From a virus (taxonomy: Duplodnaviria > Caudoviricetes), in IMG/VR virus record IMGVR_UViG_3300033144_003431, positions 13,336-77,335 of that record: a DNA stretch of 64,000 bases. The stretch is one strand, 5' to 3'. Under the pieces are notes generated by a model. That model ran no database searches, was not told where the DNA came from, and was given only the letters and a program-made list of their open reading frames with translations. Each line of letters begins with the position of its first letter. Position 1 is the stretch's first letter. This document shows positions 49,401-57,799 of the stretch, in pieces. The translations under genes were made by a program, and so were the position numbers.

Positions 49401-49694
49401 CTTCCAGCCGGTTTCGTTCTCGGCCAGTAGAACAATGTGAGACACCTGACGTACCTTCTGAATTCTAAGCTGCTCTGCGTCCTCGCAAAAATACAGGTCA
49501 ACCCCAAGAATGGGCTTGACTCCAGCCGCCTCTGCCTCACGACAGAAGTTTACCGTTTCAAAGACGTTCGAATAGTCTGTAAGTGCTACGGCGGGCTGTC
49601 CTAGCTCCTTAGCTCTGGCGACAATCTTTTTGATGTCAGCAGAACCGTACAGCATAGAGGCTTTAGAGTGTACGTTCAGGTGTGTGAATGTCAT
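46401..49694 (-). CDS. dnaE: DNA polymerase III alpha subunit
   Basis: PHP HLNVHS..ALTD, GRGSAGGSLV, PDIDTD, HAAAVV, KLDILGL, YGFNKSH, C-terminal OB fold. Confidence 0.96.
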   Translation of the reverse strand: MTFTHLNVHSKASMLYGSADIKKIVARAKELGQPAVALTDYSNVFETVNFCREAEAAGVKPILGVDLYFCEDAEQLRIQKVRQVSHIVLLAENETGWKNITRLLSHANSPDYFFYSPRIDFSLLEQYSEGVICLTGSSLDGVIPSQLYDKVDEDGEVYDSAALFKAEGLIRRFLKIFDKDHLFLEVQDTGVAEQKQINTRLRSIGTKYGLRTVATNNVHYVEQHDAEAHKTLLEMSANKYSRATYSDFTAEEYYLKSRDEMAELDLLDSELDLACEIADRCNVNLDIKKRRLPQYKFIPEGKTSNEYLREIAREGLSKLSQRDITGESYHDRLERELTDIEEMGFADYFLIVHDVMSWVHSQNILVGRGRGSAGGSLVSYALGITEIDPLEYGLIWERFLNKGRGGLPDIDTDVPRSKRQKVLEYIRERFGAGNVAQLVTLGGLQAKAILKEVFKVYDMPFDEANKITALVPAKNDDHGAISLQEAIDAVPELKEYYDKYTPWFKIALALEGCYKSTGIHAAAVVISDVPFDDSPYPLARSKDGSLLFGWDMNTVDSLSLLKLDILGLTTLDDIQVTMELVKERHDVELSREAMPLDDPVTMAMIGQGFTVGVFQIEKQLGRTWSKNLQPESIEEISDLVSIIRPGPMESNMHTAYRSVKNKGEDPEYIHPMLEPIMSPTYSALLYQEQVIYICQQLACMNSIDADMVRKAMGKKKPEEMAKWQEVFVSGCAQNNIDPITAEEIWGYIEKFAGYGFNKSHGVGYALLAYETAYLKANYTIEFLCAKLRHAESHPDKFEQMAALTFDGKLFDIEVVPPRVSMGNKAFAVVDDTHIAFGLTALKGVGVTAVNDLVKLCKDCDTFDDILWKFKTTKSKVNAGVMTALIRGGAFDDIEEHRVESQAKFRLLDGLTAKEMETVLELTSFQQEPDWIRIVRALADEEKSPQVKEKHSVKIPNVRRRAAIRGLLSDYDGRDLFDTKAQRVAWEQHYLGISLSGSEADIYKAQESCIDLVRSGYPDMQFEIAVCVDAVREIITKKGDPMAFVTARDNTYVMDNIVVFPKTFARAKTLLEEGNVLKIRGKMDDRGSLIAERVERLR

Positions 49695-50356
49695 TTGGAT
49701 CTTCGATTGTAAACCTTATTAGTAGGCTTGGTGATGCGTTTGCCAGGAGACTTGCTATTTTTTGCGTTCAATCTTCGCATAGCCTCTAGGCGTGCTTTGT
49801 TGCCGTCTTCTCCAGTGCCCTTGTTGTAGTTGCCATCTTTGTCGTAGCCGCCGGTACGTACGGGGTTCACGCCCGCTTTATCCCAAAGGTCTCCAACTCT
49901 AGTTCTTGTCTTGATACCAGCAGCTACCGGATACTCTAGTTGTAAGTCGTCCATCGGTTTGAGTTTACAGCCGCACTGCTGGCCTTTCTCATCTACATGA
50001 TGACATGAAATCGTCTTTTTGTCAACCAGTTCCTCTAGTTCTTCGATAGTTCCTTCGATGTTCTCGAAATCACTTCTCTCTGGACCAGACTTAACATGTA
50101 ACATACCATTGGTGAACGCTCCTACGTTCGTCATGTGACCATGGCGACATTGATATGATTTGTCTACCGTGATTCGCGTTTCACCACGCAGGATTGCAAT
50201 TGCTTGATTGCCCACGCCCTCGTCACGACACACGGGGCAAACCGCTTTCATCTTCTCGATCTTTCTGCAAAGAGTTTCCTCTTGCTTTTTAGTCATCAGT
50301 AGCTCTGTTGTATGCCCCTTGTCCCAACAGCCTACTACTACAATATGTTTAACCAT
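49691..50356 (-). CDS. Cys/His-rich hypothetical protein
   Basis: CPVC, CRHGH, CHH..CGC; TAATG coupling to clpP. Confidence 0.6.
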   Translation of the reverse strand: MVKHIVVVGCWDKGHTTELLMTKKQEETLCRKIEKMKAVCPVCRDEGVGNQAIAILRGETRITVDKSYQCRHGHMTNVGAFTNGMLHVKSGPERSDFENIEGTIEELEELVDKKTISCHHVDEKGQQCGCKLKPMDDLQLEYPVAAGIKTRTRVGDLWDKAGVNPVRTGGYDKDGNYNKGTGEDGNKARLEAMRRLNAKNSKSPGKRITKPTNKVYNRRSK

Positions 50357-50943
50357 TACTCTTCTCCGTCTTTTTGATCCCAAATGTGATCAATGATTCC
50401 CCACTCTAGGGCCTGCTCAGCACTAAAGTATTTGTCGCCAACCTGTTCGCAATGCTTCTTCCAGAATGCAGCCTTTTGATTGGTGTGTTTTTCCATGAGG
50501 GCATACCAACTCTTTGCCATAGCCTCGTAGTGAACGATGTCCTTTTTGAGTTCATCGGTACGCTTTTGACCAAAATCATCCCACGACTGATGAACCATGA
50601 ACCAAGTGTTCGGAGTAGCATACCTATGTCCCGGCTCGCCACGAGCAACCAGTAGTGGTGCAGCACTCATACATTTACCAATAGCGGTAATATGGACTGG
50701 AGCCTCTAGGGTACCAATCACATCATATAGTGCGTACATTTCATACTCACTGCCACCAAACGAGCCAATGAATAACTCAATGGGCTTCTCTTTGGACTCT
50801 GCGTTCATGTAATACAGGCCCTTGATGACCGTACCAATAGATGTTTCATCAACACCATCAAACATAAAGATACGTCTGTTAGTACGATCTACGCCATAGT
50901 CGAAATATGCGTCAATCCAGTCTTTACCAATACGTGCTCTCAT
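50356..50943 (-). CDS. clpP: ClpP-type protease proteolytic subunit
   Basis: RRIF, IGSFGG, CMSAA (Ser), MVHQ (His), DKYFSAEQALEWGIID (Asp). Confidence 0.88.
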   Translation of the reverse strand: MRARIGKDWIDAYFDYGVDRTNRRIFMFDGVDETSIGTVIKGLYYMNAESKEKPIELFIGSFGGSEYEMYALYDVIGTLEAPVHITAIGKCMSAAPLLVARGEPGHRYATPNTWFMVHQSWDDFGQKRTDELKKDIVHYEAMAKSWYALMEKHTNQKAAFWKKHCEQVGDKYFSAEQALEWGIIDHIWDQKDGEE

Positions 50944-51908
50944 TCTGTTTTAAACCTACCATTCCACTCACTAGAACAAACGCCAGTGTCGCATAACGAA
51001 CGACACTTCCAAGCCCATCTTTTATCGAAATCACTATTGTCTCTGACAATACGTTCGATCCAAGCTGTCGATTGAATCTCTTCAATCTTCTTCAATACCC
51101 ACTCTTCTGTCGCCAAGTCTTCTTCTTCCGTGAATGCCACAGTAATGGGATTCTTAGTGAAGTAATCAAAGGTCAGAATAACGTTCTTGTACTTGAATCC
51201 CTTACCGCTAATATCATCAATGAATTCACGACGACACGCAAGGGAATACATCTTCACCTGAATGTCTTCTCTGCATTGCAGATAGTCCTGCGTCCAGGTG
51301 CCAGTCTTGTAATCGATCACATGAATGGTATCGGGGTCTTCTTCGATCACAAGGTCCATGTAACCGATAATCGGCACGTCTGTTCCAGGGATATTGATTC
51401 GATAACCATATTCGCAGCCAATCAGGTTACCTTCTTCGTCACGCAGAGTCTTATCCCACACGTCTTCGTAACGCTCAATCTGTGTTTCACACATCTTGAT
51501 TGACCCATCAAACAGATCACGGGGACAACCTGGCAATGCGTCTAAAGGCTTTTGCGAAATACTACATGTGTTATCTTCTTTTGAAGCATAAGGACATGTA
51601 TCACATAGTGGCCTCTTATTGGCGTAGTCTTTTTCTTTAGCCCACACCAGCGGACTCTCCATGACCTCTGGCTGTTGATATCGGTCTAGCGTCTCAAGTA
51701 CGCCGCCATAACCACGATACAGTCTGGCTACCCAGTCTAGATCGTTACCATTAGAGTACTGCTCCAAAACATCATGGATAAGAGAACCATGACAAGCACC
51801 CCAGTTGGTCTTGAGTGCAAGATCAGTATTGTATGTTAGCCAATACTTGAACTTACACATATCAAAAGTCTTGATACGTGAGGGTGAAATAGATTTGAGT
51901 TTTAGCAT
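50940..51908 (-). CDS. PD-(D/E)XK exonuclease (RecB/AddB/Cas4-like)
   Basis: SPSRI...C, GSLIHDVLE, GYMDLV, IDYKTG, Q..MY, C-terminal C..LC....C. Confidence 0.85.
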   Translation of the reverse strand: MLKLKSISPSRIKTFDMCKFKYWLTYNTDLALKTNWGACHGSLIHDVLEQYSNGNDLDWVARLYRGYGGVLETLDRYQQPEVMESPLVWAKEKDYANKRPLCDTCPYASKEDNTCSISQKPLDALPGCPRDLFDGSIKMCETQIERYEDVWDKTLRDEEGNLIGCEYGYRINIPGTDVPIIGYMDLVIEEDPDTIHVIDYKTGTWTQDYLQCREDIQVKMYSLACRREFIDDISGKGFKYKNVILTFDYFTKNPITVAFTEEEDLATEEWVLKKIEEIQSTAWIERIVRDNSDFDKRWAWKCRSLCDTGVCSSEWNGRFKTE

Positions 51909-52975
51909 GAGATACCTTCGAAAATTTCTTGAAGTAAAGTTGTACTTAGATCGCCACAGTCTTTATCGTGTGGCAGGAGAATCCTATGCAATTGAAAAAG
52001 GTCACCAACGATACGCTCCATGCGTTCCCATCCTTTTTCACCGGGGCTTTCTCCACTCTTGTATTTAGCAGGATCATCGTTATCGTATGCAACATACAGA
52101 TCCGTAACGCCATACTTGATTAGCAGTGTTCTGTGAGCATGGCAAAAACTAGTGCCAAGTGTAGCAACCCAGTTGTGGATTCCCGCTTCGTCCAGCTTCA
52201 TGCCGTCCAACGGTCCTTCAACCAGGATAAGCTTTTTACTCATACCCAAGTATCGTTTAGCATTATGTAGGTTGTACAGAATGGAACTAGTAAACAAGTC
52301 TCCACGCTGAGGCCATCTGTTGTAATGACGACCATGTACCCATTTCATATACTTGAGATCACGTTTCTTGAAATACTCAGGAGTGTGAACGGTACGTCCT
52401 GTATACCCAATCAGATGACCTTCGTGATCTCTAACAGGAAACACGACACGATCATGCATGTATGTGCCAAGACGACTCCAAAGACCAACCTCATACTTGC
52501 GTAGCGACTCCAGGCTAAAATCGCGATTCAATAGATACTGAGGATCCGGCATGAGGAACTTTAGGTTGTCCTCTTTTAGTGGCTCATGAATGTGTAACTT
52601 GTTACCACGATGAATATTGACTGGATCAGATATAGCTTCATCAAGATCTACGTTCTTATTCTCAAGTTGCGTGGTAATCCATTCAACGGTCTCACGGAAA
52701 TTGATACCCTTAACGCTGCTCACTAGGCCAAAGATATCGTTACCACGACTCTCCTCACAATGATGCGTCCAACAAACCCATTTGCCAAGGTCTGTTCGCC
52801 AACTCCACGCTGTCACGTTATCACGATCTCCACCGTGTTGCATGCACTGACATGTGGATTGAATAAGACCGTCTCCACGATCATCAAACTCGATCTCTAG
52901 TCTGTCTAATAGATAAGCAATGTTACGGTTCGCATGATTACGAATCGTTTGCTTCTTTTCATTCGTCGTCGTCAT
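51902..52975 (-). CDS. dnaG: DNA primase
   Basis: Zn domain C..H...C...C, RVVFPV, GYTGR, LYNL, VEGPLD, YDND, KDCGD. Confidence 0.9.
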   Translation of the reverse strand: MTTTNEKKQTIRNHANRNIAYLLDRLEIEFDDRGDGLIQSTCQCMQHGGDRDNVTAWSWRTDLGKWVCWTHHCEESRGNDIFGLVSSVKGINFRETVEWITTQLENKNVDLDEAISDPVNIHRGNKLHIHEPLKEDNLKFLMPDPQYLLNRDFSLESLRKYEVGLWSRLGTYMHDRVVFPVRDHEGHLIGYTGRTVHTPEYFKKRDLKYMKWVHGRHYNRWPQRGDLFTSSILYNLHNAKRYLGMSKKLILVEGPLDGMKLDEAGIHNWVATLGTSFCHAHRTLLIKYGVTDLYVAYDNDDPAKYKSGESPGEKGWERMERIVGDLFQLHRILLPHDKDCGDLSTTLLQEIFEGISC

Positions 52976-54407
52976 CGTCGTCGCTGTCTTGTTGGGGAGG
53001 TGTTACGTGACCAATCTCCAGTTCTTCGAAATAACCACAGCTAAGGTCTGCGTTGTAATTGATGTAGCTGCCCCATAGCCCTTTACCAAATCGAGACTTG
53101 AAGTTCTCCATCATATGAGTTCCGCTACCATCGTTAGCTCGTTCGGCATCGGTCTTTCTTTTAAGGTAACTAACAGAATCTACGTTCTCACTGATACGCT
53201 TTCCACCAGCAACAGCTTTAATGCCAGAGATTAGTTCGTTGTTAGTTTGACCAAACCCAAGAAGCGGTACATTGTACTTGTTGATAAAGTCGTGCAACGC
53301 AGCAATGTGCAAGCCGTTCTGTTGCCATTCTTGTAGAACACCACGACTAATCTCGTTAGTCATGGCCAGCTTGATATAGTCATACACGATCAAGCACTGC
53401 GGCACGCGGGTATCACGATCAGGCTTGACGTGAGTGAGTAGCCACCTCCTGATGTGCGGCAGTACATCAGGAACACTCAAGCCACTGATCGACTGATAGA
53501 AGATGGGCATTTTCTCAACAGCTTCCCACAGACGAGGCTCCTTGAGCTTACGACCGTGTGCCATAATCTCGTCACGGATCTTAACATCCGTGACGTTGTT
53601 TTCAATCAACTCTTTTTCTGACATACGCCAGAAGCCAGTTTCAATGTACTGTGATGGAACCCTAGCAATCATGGCCGCAATACGTACCCATTGATCTTGC
53701 TTACTTAGCTCGCTATCAAGATAAAGAACTGGTAACCCCTTACGTGCAGCAGTGACAGCGGCACGCATGCCGAATTGAGATTTACCACTACCAGTAGTGC
53801 CAACCAAGAATGTCATAGAGCCGTTTCTCAGTTGACCGATAGACTCTTGCCATAGGGGATAACCTAGGTCAAGCCCCATGTGTCCAGGATCATCAGCGAG
53901 CGTGTTGATGAACTCTTCAAATCCTTCACGAATATCTTCAATGGCATGCTCACCCTTGTCGATAATATTGACCTTACTGATGATGGCATTTTCAACCTTA
54001 CCGATCATCACTGACAACGAATCGTTGGTTGATGCCAGATAGTCTCTCTGCTCAACAAACGCTTGGGTGTATTGATCCTTTAGCGATTGTCTCTTGACTT
54101 CAAGAAAGTGATTATCAACCTCACCGATACTTACTTCTTCGGCAATCAGTTCATCAAGCCATTCGCCGTTCCTTGTGGCCGATAGATAGTTGTGATGACC
54201 CAATGCTTTGGCTTCCGCCACAAGCTTAGCCTTCGTGACCTTCTGAGCCTCCTTATCAATAACCAGAGACCGTAGTGCCTCAAAGGTCATACGGGTAGCC
54301 GTATGTTGAAAGTCTTCCTCTCCAAGATATTCAACAAACTCAAACAGCTTGTCTGGATGCTGTACAACTCCTGCTAGGAATATCTTCTCTGCTGCAACGT
54401 TACTCAT
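52959..54407 (-). CDS. dnaB: replicative DNA helicase
   Basis: AEKIFLA N-terminus, Walker A GTTGSGKS, YLDSEL, YDYIKL, Q, KSRFG. Confidence 0.88.
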   Translation of the reverse strand: MSNVAAEKIFLAGVVQHPDKLFEFVEYLGEEDFQHTATRMTFEALRSLVIDKEAQKVTKAKLVAEAKALGHHNYLSATRNGEWLDELIAEEVSIGEVDNHFLEVKRQSLKDQYTQAFVEQRDYLASTNDSLSVMIGKVENAIISKVNIIDKGEHAIEDIREGFEEFINTLADDPGHMGLDLGYPLWQESIGQLRNGSMTFLVGTTGSGKSQFGMRAAVTAARKGLPVLYLDSELSKQDQWVRIAAMIARVPSQYIETGFWRMSEKELIENNVTDVKIRDEIMAHGRKLKEPRLWEAVEKMPIFYQSISGLSVPDVLPHIRRWLLTHVKPDRDTRVPQCLIVYDYIKLAMTNEISRGVLQEWQQNGLHIAALHDFINKYNVPLLGFGQTNNELISGIKAVAGGKRISENVDSVSYLKRKTDAERANDGSGTHMMENFKSRFGKGLWGSYINYNADLSCGYFEELEIGHVTPPQQDSDDDDDDE

Positions 54408-54816
54408 TTCGTGCTTCTTCGATTAGTTTTTGTAGTTCTTCGACAGACACGTTACCACGTACTTCGATTAATGTAATTTCGTTTGTCTCGCACCAGAGTC
54501 TCTTTCTGGCGTCTCGTGCCTTAGATTTTTCAAACCCTTTCTTGTCACTGTGGAATAGCTTAACAAACTTATCGTGTTGTATGCCTTGATACTCAAAGCC
54601 CAGTTTGTTATGCGGCATGAAAAAATCTAAGTAAAGTCGTTCTTCCGGTAGAGGAAACTCTTCCAAAATCAATGCGTGAAAACCATAGATGCTACGTAGC
54701 AAGCGACCGAGCATGTACTGCCCAGCCGACTTGCACTGTTCGCGTGTCCGTACGGGATACCTTTCGGGTAGAATCTCCATACGAATCTCGCGGCCATTAA
54801 GCGTCTTGAATTTCAT
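54400..54816 (-). CDS. Vsr/DUF559-like endonuclease
   Basis: LYLDFF, FEYQGIQH, RD..K..WC..N.I.LI. Confidence 0.7.
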   Translation of the reverse strand: MKFKTLNGREIRMEILPERYPVRTREQCKSAGQYMLGRLLRSIYGFHALILEEFPLPEERLYLDFFMPHNKLGFEYQGIQHDKFVKLFHSDKKGFEKSKARDARKRLWCETNEITLIEVRGNVSVEELQKLIEEARNE

Positions 54817-55984
54817 CTACTAGATCTTCAATGGGATCATGTCCACCAGGAATGAATAAGCTTTGTACTTCTGCGTCCAGCTTGTTGAATAGTACACTGT
54901 CCATCAAGAGTCTGCGAGCAGCATTGAACTGACTCATACAAGTGGAGGCGATTTCCTCGCCATCCATAATGTACTCACCAGTGTCACGGTCGATCTTAGG
55001 CAGGAAGACTTGCTTGCCACCTTTGCCACCCATACGCAGGACACCAAAGTTGCACGCCTGAGTCACAAGTTCCTGCTCGCGGAAAATACCGTTCTTGAAA
55101 AGGATAGGGAACACACCTTCGTTACCATCGGGGGCTACCTTGTTTTTGATTACCTTGTATCTGATTAGGCTGCCGATACGCTCCTTGTCAGAGTCCAGGA
55201 TCCAATCGGTCTTGCGGGGCGTGAAGAGTCGGATACGCTGCGAAGCATAGAACTTAAGAGCATAGCCGCCAGGGGTATCCGTAGGGTCACCATACATGGT
55301 GATCTTATCGCGGATCTGATTGACGAACACGAGGGCGACCTTGTTTTGCTCAGACACACCGATGAGCTTACGCATGGCATCAGACATGAGCTTGGCCAGC
55401 TTGCCCACGGTAGAGTCACCGATCTCTCCAGCCATCACTGACTGCGGTTGAGCGGCGTCGATAGAGTCTAGGATGGCCACTCCGTTAGGAACCATACCGG
55501 CAAACTTACGCATTGCTTCAAAAGCCTGCTCACCATTGGAAGCATTGACGATCCATAGGGGACATTCGGGATGCGGAGACTTCTTGCCAGCGGCCAGGGC
55601 TGTTGCGTGCTCAACGGCAATATCAAGATAGGGACGAAGCGTTCGAACCGTCCGCATAAGAGATAGGTTCAGGTTTCTCTCCATGTTGACATATAGTACA
55701 GTCTTGCCAGCCTGGATAGCACGACCAGCTACCTCTAGTGACAACGTTGTCTTGCAGGTTCCCTCTGCACCGAAGATCTCGGTGATACGCCCCTCAGGAA
55801 ATGGCACAGCTAAATCGTAGTCTAAGTTATATGACCCACTACGATTAGGATTGGGATCACCAACCTCCTCTGCCGACATGGCTTGTACGCCATCTTGTTC
55901 TACCTCCTGCTTGAAAAAGCCAAAGGTGGGAGTCGTCTGCTCCTCGATATCAATGTTCAGTCCAGGTTTCTTACGCTTTGCCAT
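54797..55984 (-). CDS. recA: RecA recombinase
   Basis: GRITEIFG, LDSIDA, NQIRDKI..YGDP..TPGG.ALKFYAS.RI, KNKVAP. Confidence 0.93.
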   Translation of the reverse strand: MAKRKKPGLNIDIEEQTTPTFGFFKQEVEQDGVQAMSAEEVGDPNPNRSGSYNLDYDLAVPFPEGRITEIFGAEGTCKTTLSLEVAGRAIQAGKTVLYVNMERNLNLSLMRTVRTLRPYLDIAVEHATALAAGKKSPHPECPLWIVNASNGEQAFEAMRKFAGMVPNGVAILDSIDAAQPQSVMAGEIGDSTVGKLAKLMSDAMRKLIGVSEQNKVALVFVNQIRDKITMYGDPTDTPGGYALKFYASQRIRLFTPRKTDWILDSDKERIGSLIRYKVIKNKVAPDGNEGVFPILFKNGIFREQELVTQACNFGVLRMGGKGGKQVFLPKIDRDTGEYIMDGEEIASTCMSQFNAARRLLMDSVLFNKLDAEVQSLFIPGGHDPIEDLVDEIQDA

Positions 55985-56402
55985 TCTCTAGTTCTCTCAA
56001 AAATGAAAACAGTGTTTTCGGTTTTGCTTCTTTGTACTTAACTTTTTCAAGACCGGACGAGGCGAGTTCCTTTTGCCAGTCTGTGTAGAATCGTGATACT
56101 TGCTCCAAGTCGTATGACTCGAAAAGCTGACGGGCAACAACTGCCATCTTGGCGAACTGCTGTGGGCTGATGTGGTGCGGCTTACATTTCCAAATGTAAA
56201 AGGCCAGTTGTCCTGCTGATAAACCATAGGAATCCCCCATTAGTTTTTTCAAAGCAGCAACTAGCCGTCCCCACTCCTTACCATTATGACCTCGCCACGG
56301 GTAAATGTCAGCACGAATGTCGCGATTCAACCAAATGAATTCTGCGAGTAGGTTGGCCCCGTCGTGCTCAACGTCCGGAGTAGTAAGAGAAGGGTACTTC
56401 AT
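55971..56402 (-). CDS. hypothetical protein
   Basis: Coupled ORF in the replication operon. Confidence 0.65.
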   Translation of the reverse strand: MKYPSLTTPDVEHDGANLLAEFIWLNRDIRADIYPWRGHNGKEWGRLVAALKKLMGDSYGLSAGQLAFYIWKCKPHHISPQQFAKMAVVARQLFESYDLEQVSRFYTDWQKELASSGLEKVKYKEAKPKTLFSFLRELENGKA

Positions 56403-56857
56403 ACCGAGGGATCATTGACAATGACCGCTTTGTCGCCAGACTTGTATTCTCTAACTTCTTGTCTGGTTGTCCCCTGTTCTTGTACCCAGGTGATCCAGAT
56501 TTCTTTTCCCTTCAAAATACCAATACCACGACACTCTGTTTCGGTTACGCCGCTCGTGTGTAGTAGGGCATTGATCTGCTTACTGTGCCAGTAGCCATTA
56601 ACCTGAGCGTTCCCTTCTCCGTCTTTATACGGAACCAGTACAACATTGCGGCCATACGCCTCAAGTCTCAGGTTCGTGACCTTGAGCTTGTGGACCTCGA
56701 TGTAATCCCTAAGACGCATCCACGCAGATATAGCACCGGGCGTGAGGTCTTCAAAGACGGTGGTTCCGTCTGACAGAGAGGCTATCCAACGACTTGCGTT
56801 CGGATCACTCTTGGGATTGGGGACGTGAGGGTGTTTTGAGCTAAATGCTAATGTCAT
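56399..56857 (-). CDS. hypothetical protein
   Basis: First gene after the promoter at about 56910. Confidence 0.65.
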   Translation of the reverse strand: MTLAFSSKHPHVPNPKSDPNASRWIASLSDGTTVFEDLTPGAISAWMRLRDYIEVHKLKVTNLRLEAYGRNVVLVPYKDGEGNAQVNGYWHSKQINALLHTSGVTETECRGIGILKGKEIWITWVQEQGTTRQEVREYKSGDKAVIVNDPSV

Positions 56858-56907
56858 ATTCTTCCAAAGTCGTGGGTGGACTATCCAGCACCACGAATGG
56901 TACACAC

Positions 56908-56935
56908 ATTATACGCGAAAGCGTACGAGTGGAAA
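56908..56935 (-). promoter_or_regulatory. sigma70-like promoter for the replication operon
   Basis: TTTCCA-16 nt-TATAAT with GCG before the -10; TACGC-N4-GCGTA palindrome in the spacer. Confidence 0.55.
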
Positions 56936-56936
56936 G

Positions 56937-56970
56937 AAAAAAGAACCCACAAGTTACAACTTGTAGGCTC
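56937..56970 (-). terminator. intrinsic terminator
   Basis: Minus strand GAGCCTACAAGT-TGTA-ACTTGTGGGTTC then TTTTTT. Confidence 0.8.
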
Positions 56971-56990
56971 TCTTATGAACTAAATAACTC

Positions 56991-57701
56991 TTACAGGAAT
57001 TCAAGCTGGATAAAGTATCCGAAGTCGGTCTTTCGACCAGCAGAGGTGGGTGTACCACTCAGCATCAGGTGGAAATCGTGTACGTTTGCTTGGGCACTCT
57101 GATCTTGAAGACTCAATACGGCACCACCGCTAGAAATCTCAGACCATGCAGTAGCACCAGCATAACCATCGGTATCTGCTAACTGAGCAGCTTGGATCGT
57201 GATTCCAGTGGCCAGATCAGAGATATCCGGTACGCCAGACGCAGCAGTAAAGTTTACAGCACGGAACGTTGCCGTTTGTGTGATGACTGCCGTTCCATTG
57301 GGCTCCGCGAAGCGACACAGGAGAGTACCAGACTCAGACGGAATATCTACAAATGTTCCAGCCGTGTATGCAACTCCTGAGTGTTCTACCAGGCTAGCAC
57401 CAGTGAATTTTGCATTGATCATTCGCCCAAGGTCAGCACCTAGAGCATCAGTCCTAAATGTCGAATCCTGATATTGTCCAACAATAACAGCACTGTTTGG
57501 AGCACCGTTAGCACCGAAGAAGCCCAAGCGGTTAGGGCTACCATCTGCCCCCGCTTCCATTTGGAAAATCTCCAAGTTGGGACGAGCACGATCAACCGGC
57601 AACGTATCCGCCGAAGCGTAGTATGCCGCTGGCGTGAGACGCCCCGTGGTCAACTGACCCATTGTTCCGGATCCACCGAAAAATCTAATTCCTGATACCA
57701 T
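56991..57701 (-). CDS. probable abundant virion protein
   Basis: A/G/T/S-rich; has its own promoter motif, RBS and terminator. Confidence 0.55.
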   Translation of the reverse strand: MVSGIRFFGGSGTMGQLTTGRLTPAAYYASADTLPVDRARPNLEIFQMEAGADGSPNRLGFFGANGAPNSAVIVGQYQDSTFRTDALGADLGRMINAKFTGASLVEHSGVAYTAGTFVDIPSESGTLLCRFAEPNGTAVITQTATFRAVNFTAASGVPDISDLATGITIQAAQLADTDGYAGATAWSEISSGGAVLSLQDQSAQANVHDFHLMLSGTPTSAGRKTDFGYFIQLEFL

Positions 57702-57784
57702 TGTTCTTGTTCCTTTTCAAGAAGCAGTTATCCTTTAAACGGAACACGACCCCAAGACTTAGCTATGGTATGTACCAATGCTTG

Positions 57785-57799
57785 CTATAAAATACACTA
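57785..57799 (-). promoter_or_regulatory. TAGTGTA motif, putative late promoter
   Basis: TAGTGTATTTTATAG overlaps a TAG stop. Confidence 0.45.

Noticed and set aside
44761-55984. Bacterial chromosome origin for the window (dnaE, recA, clpP present)
   Set aside because: Divergent sequences, phage-type gene order, many free-standing HNH genes, fibre genes and no ribosomal or membrane-transport genes favour a large phage
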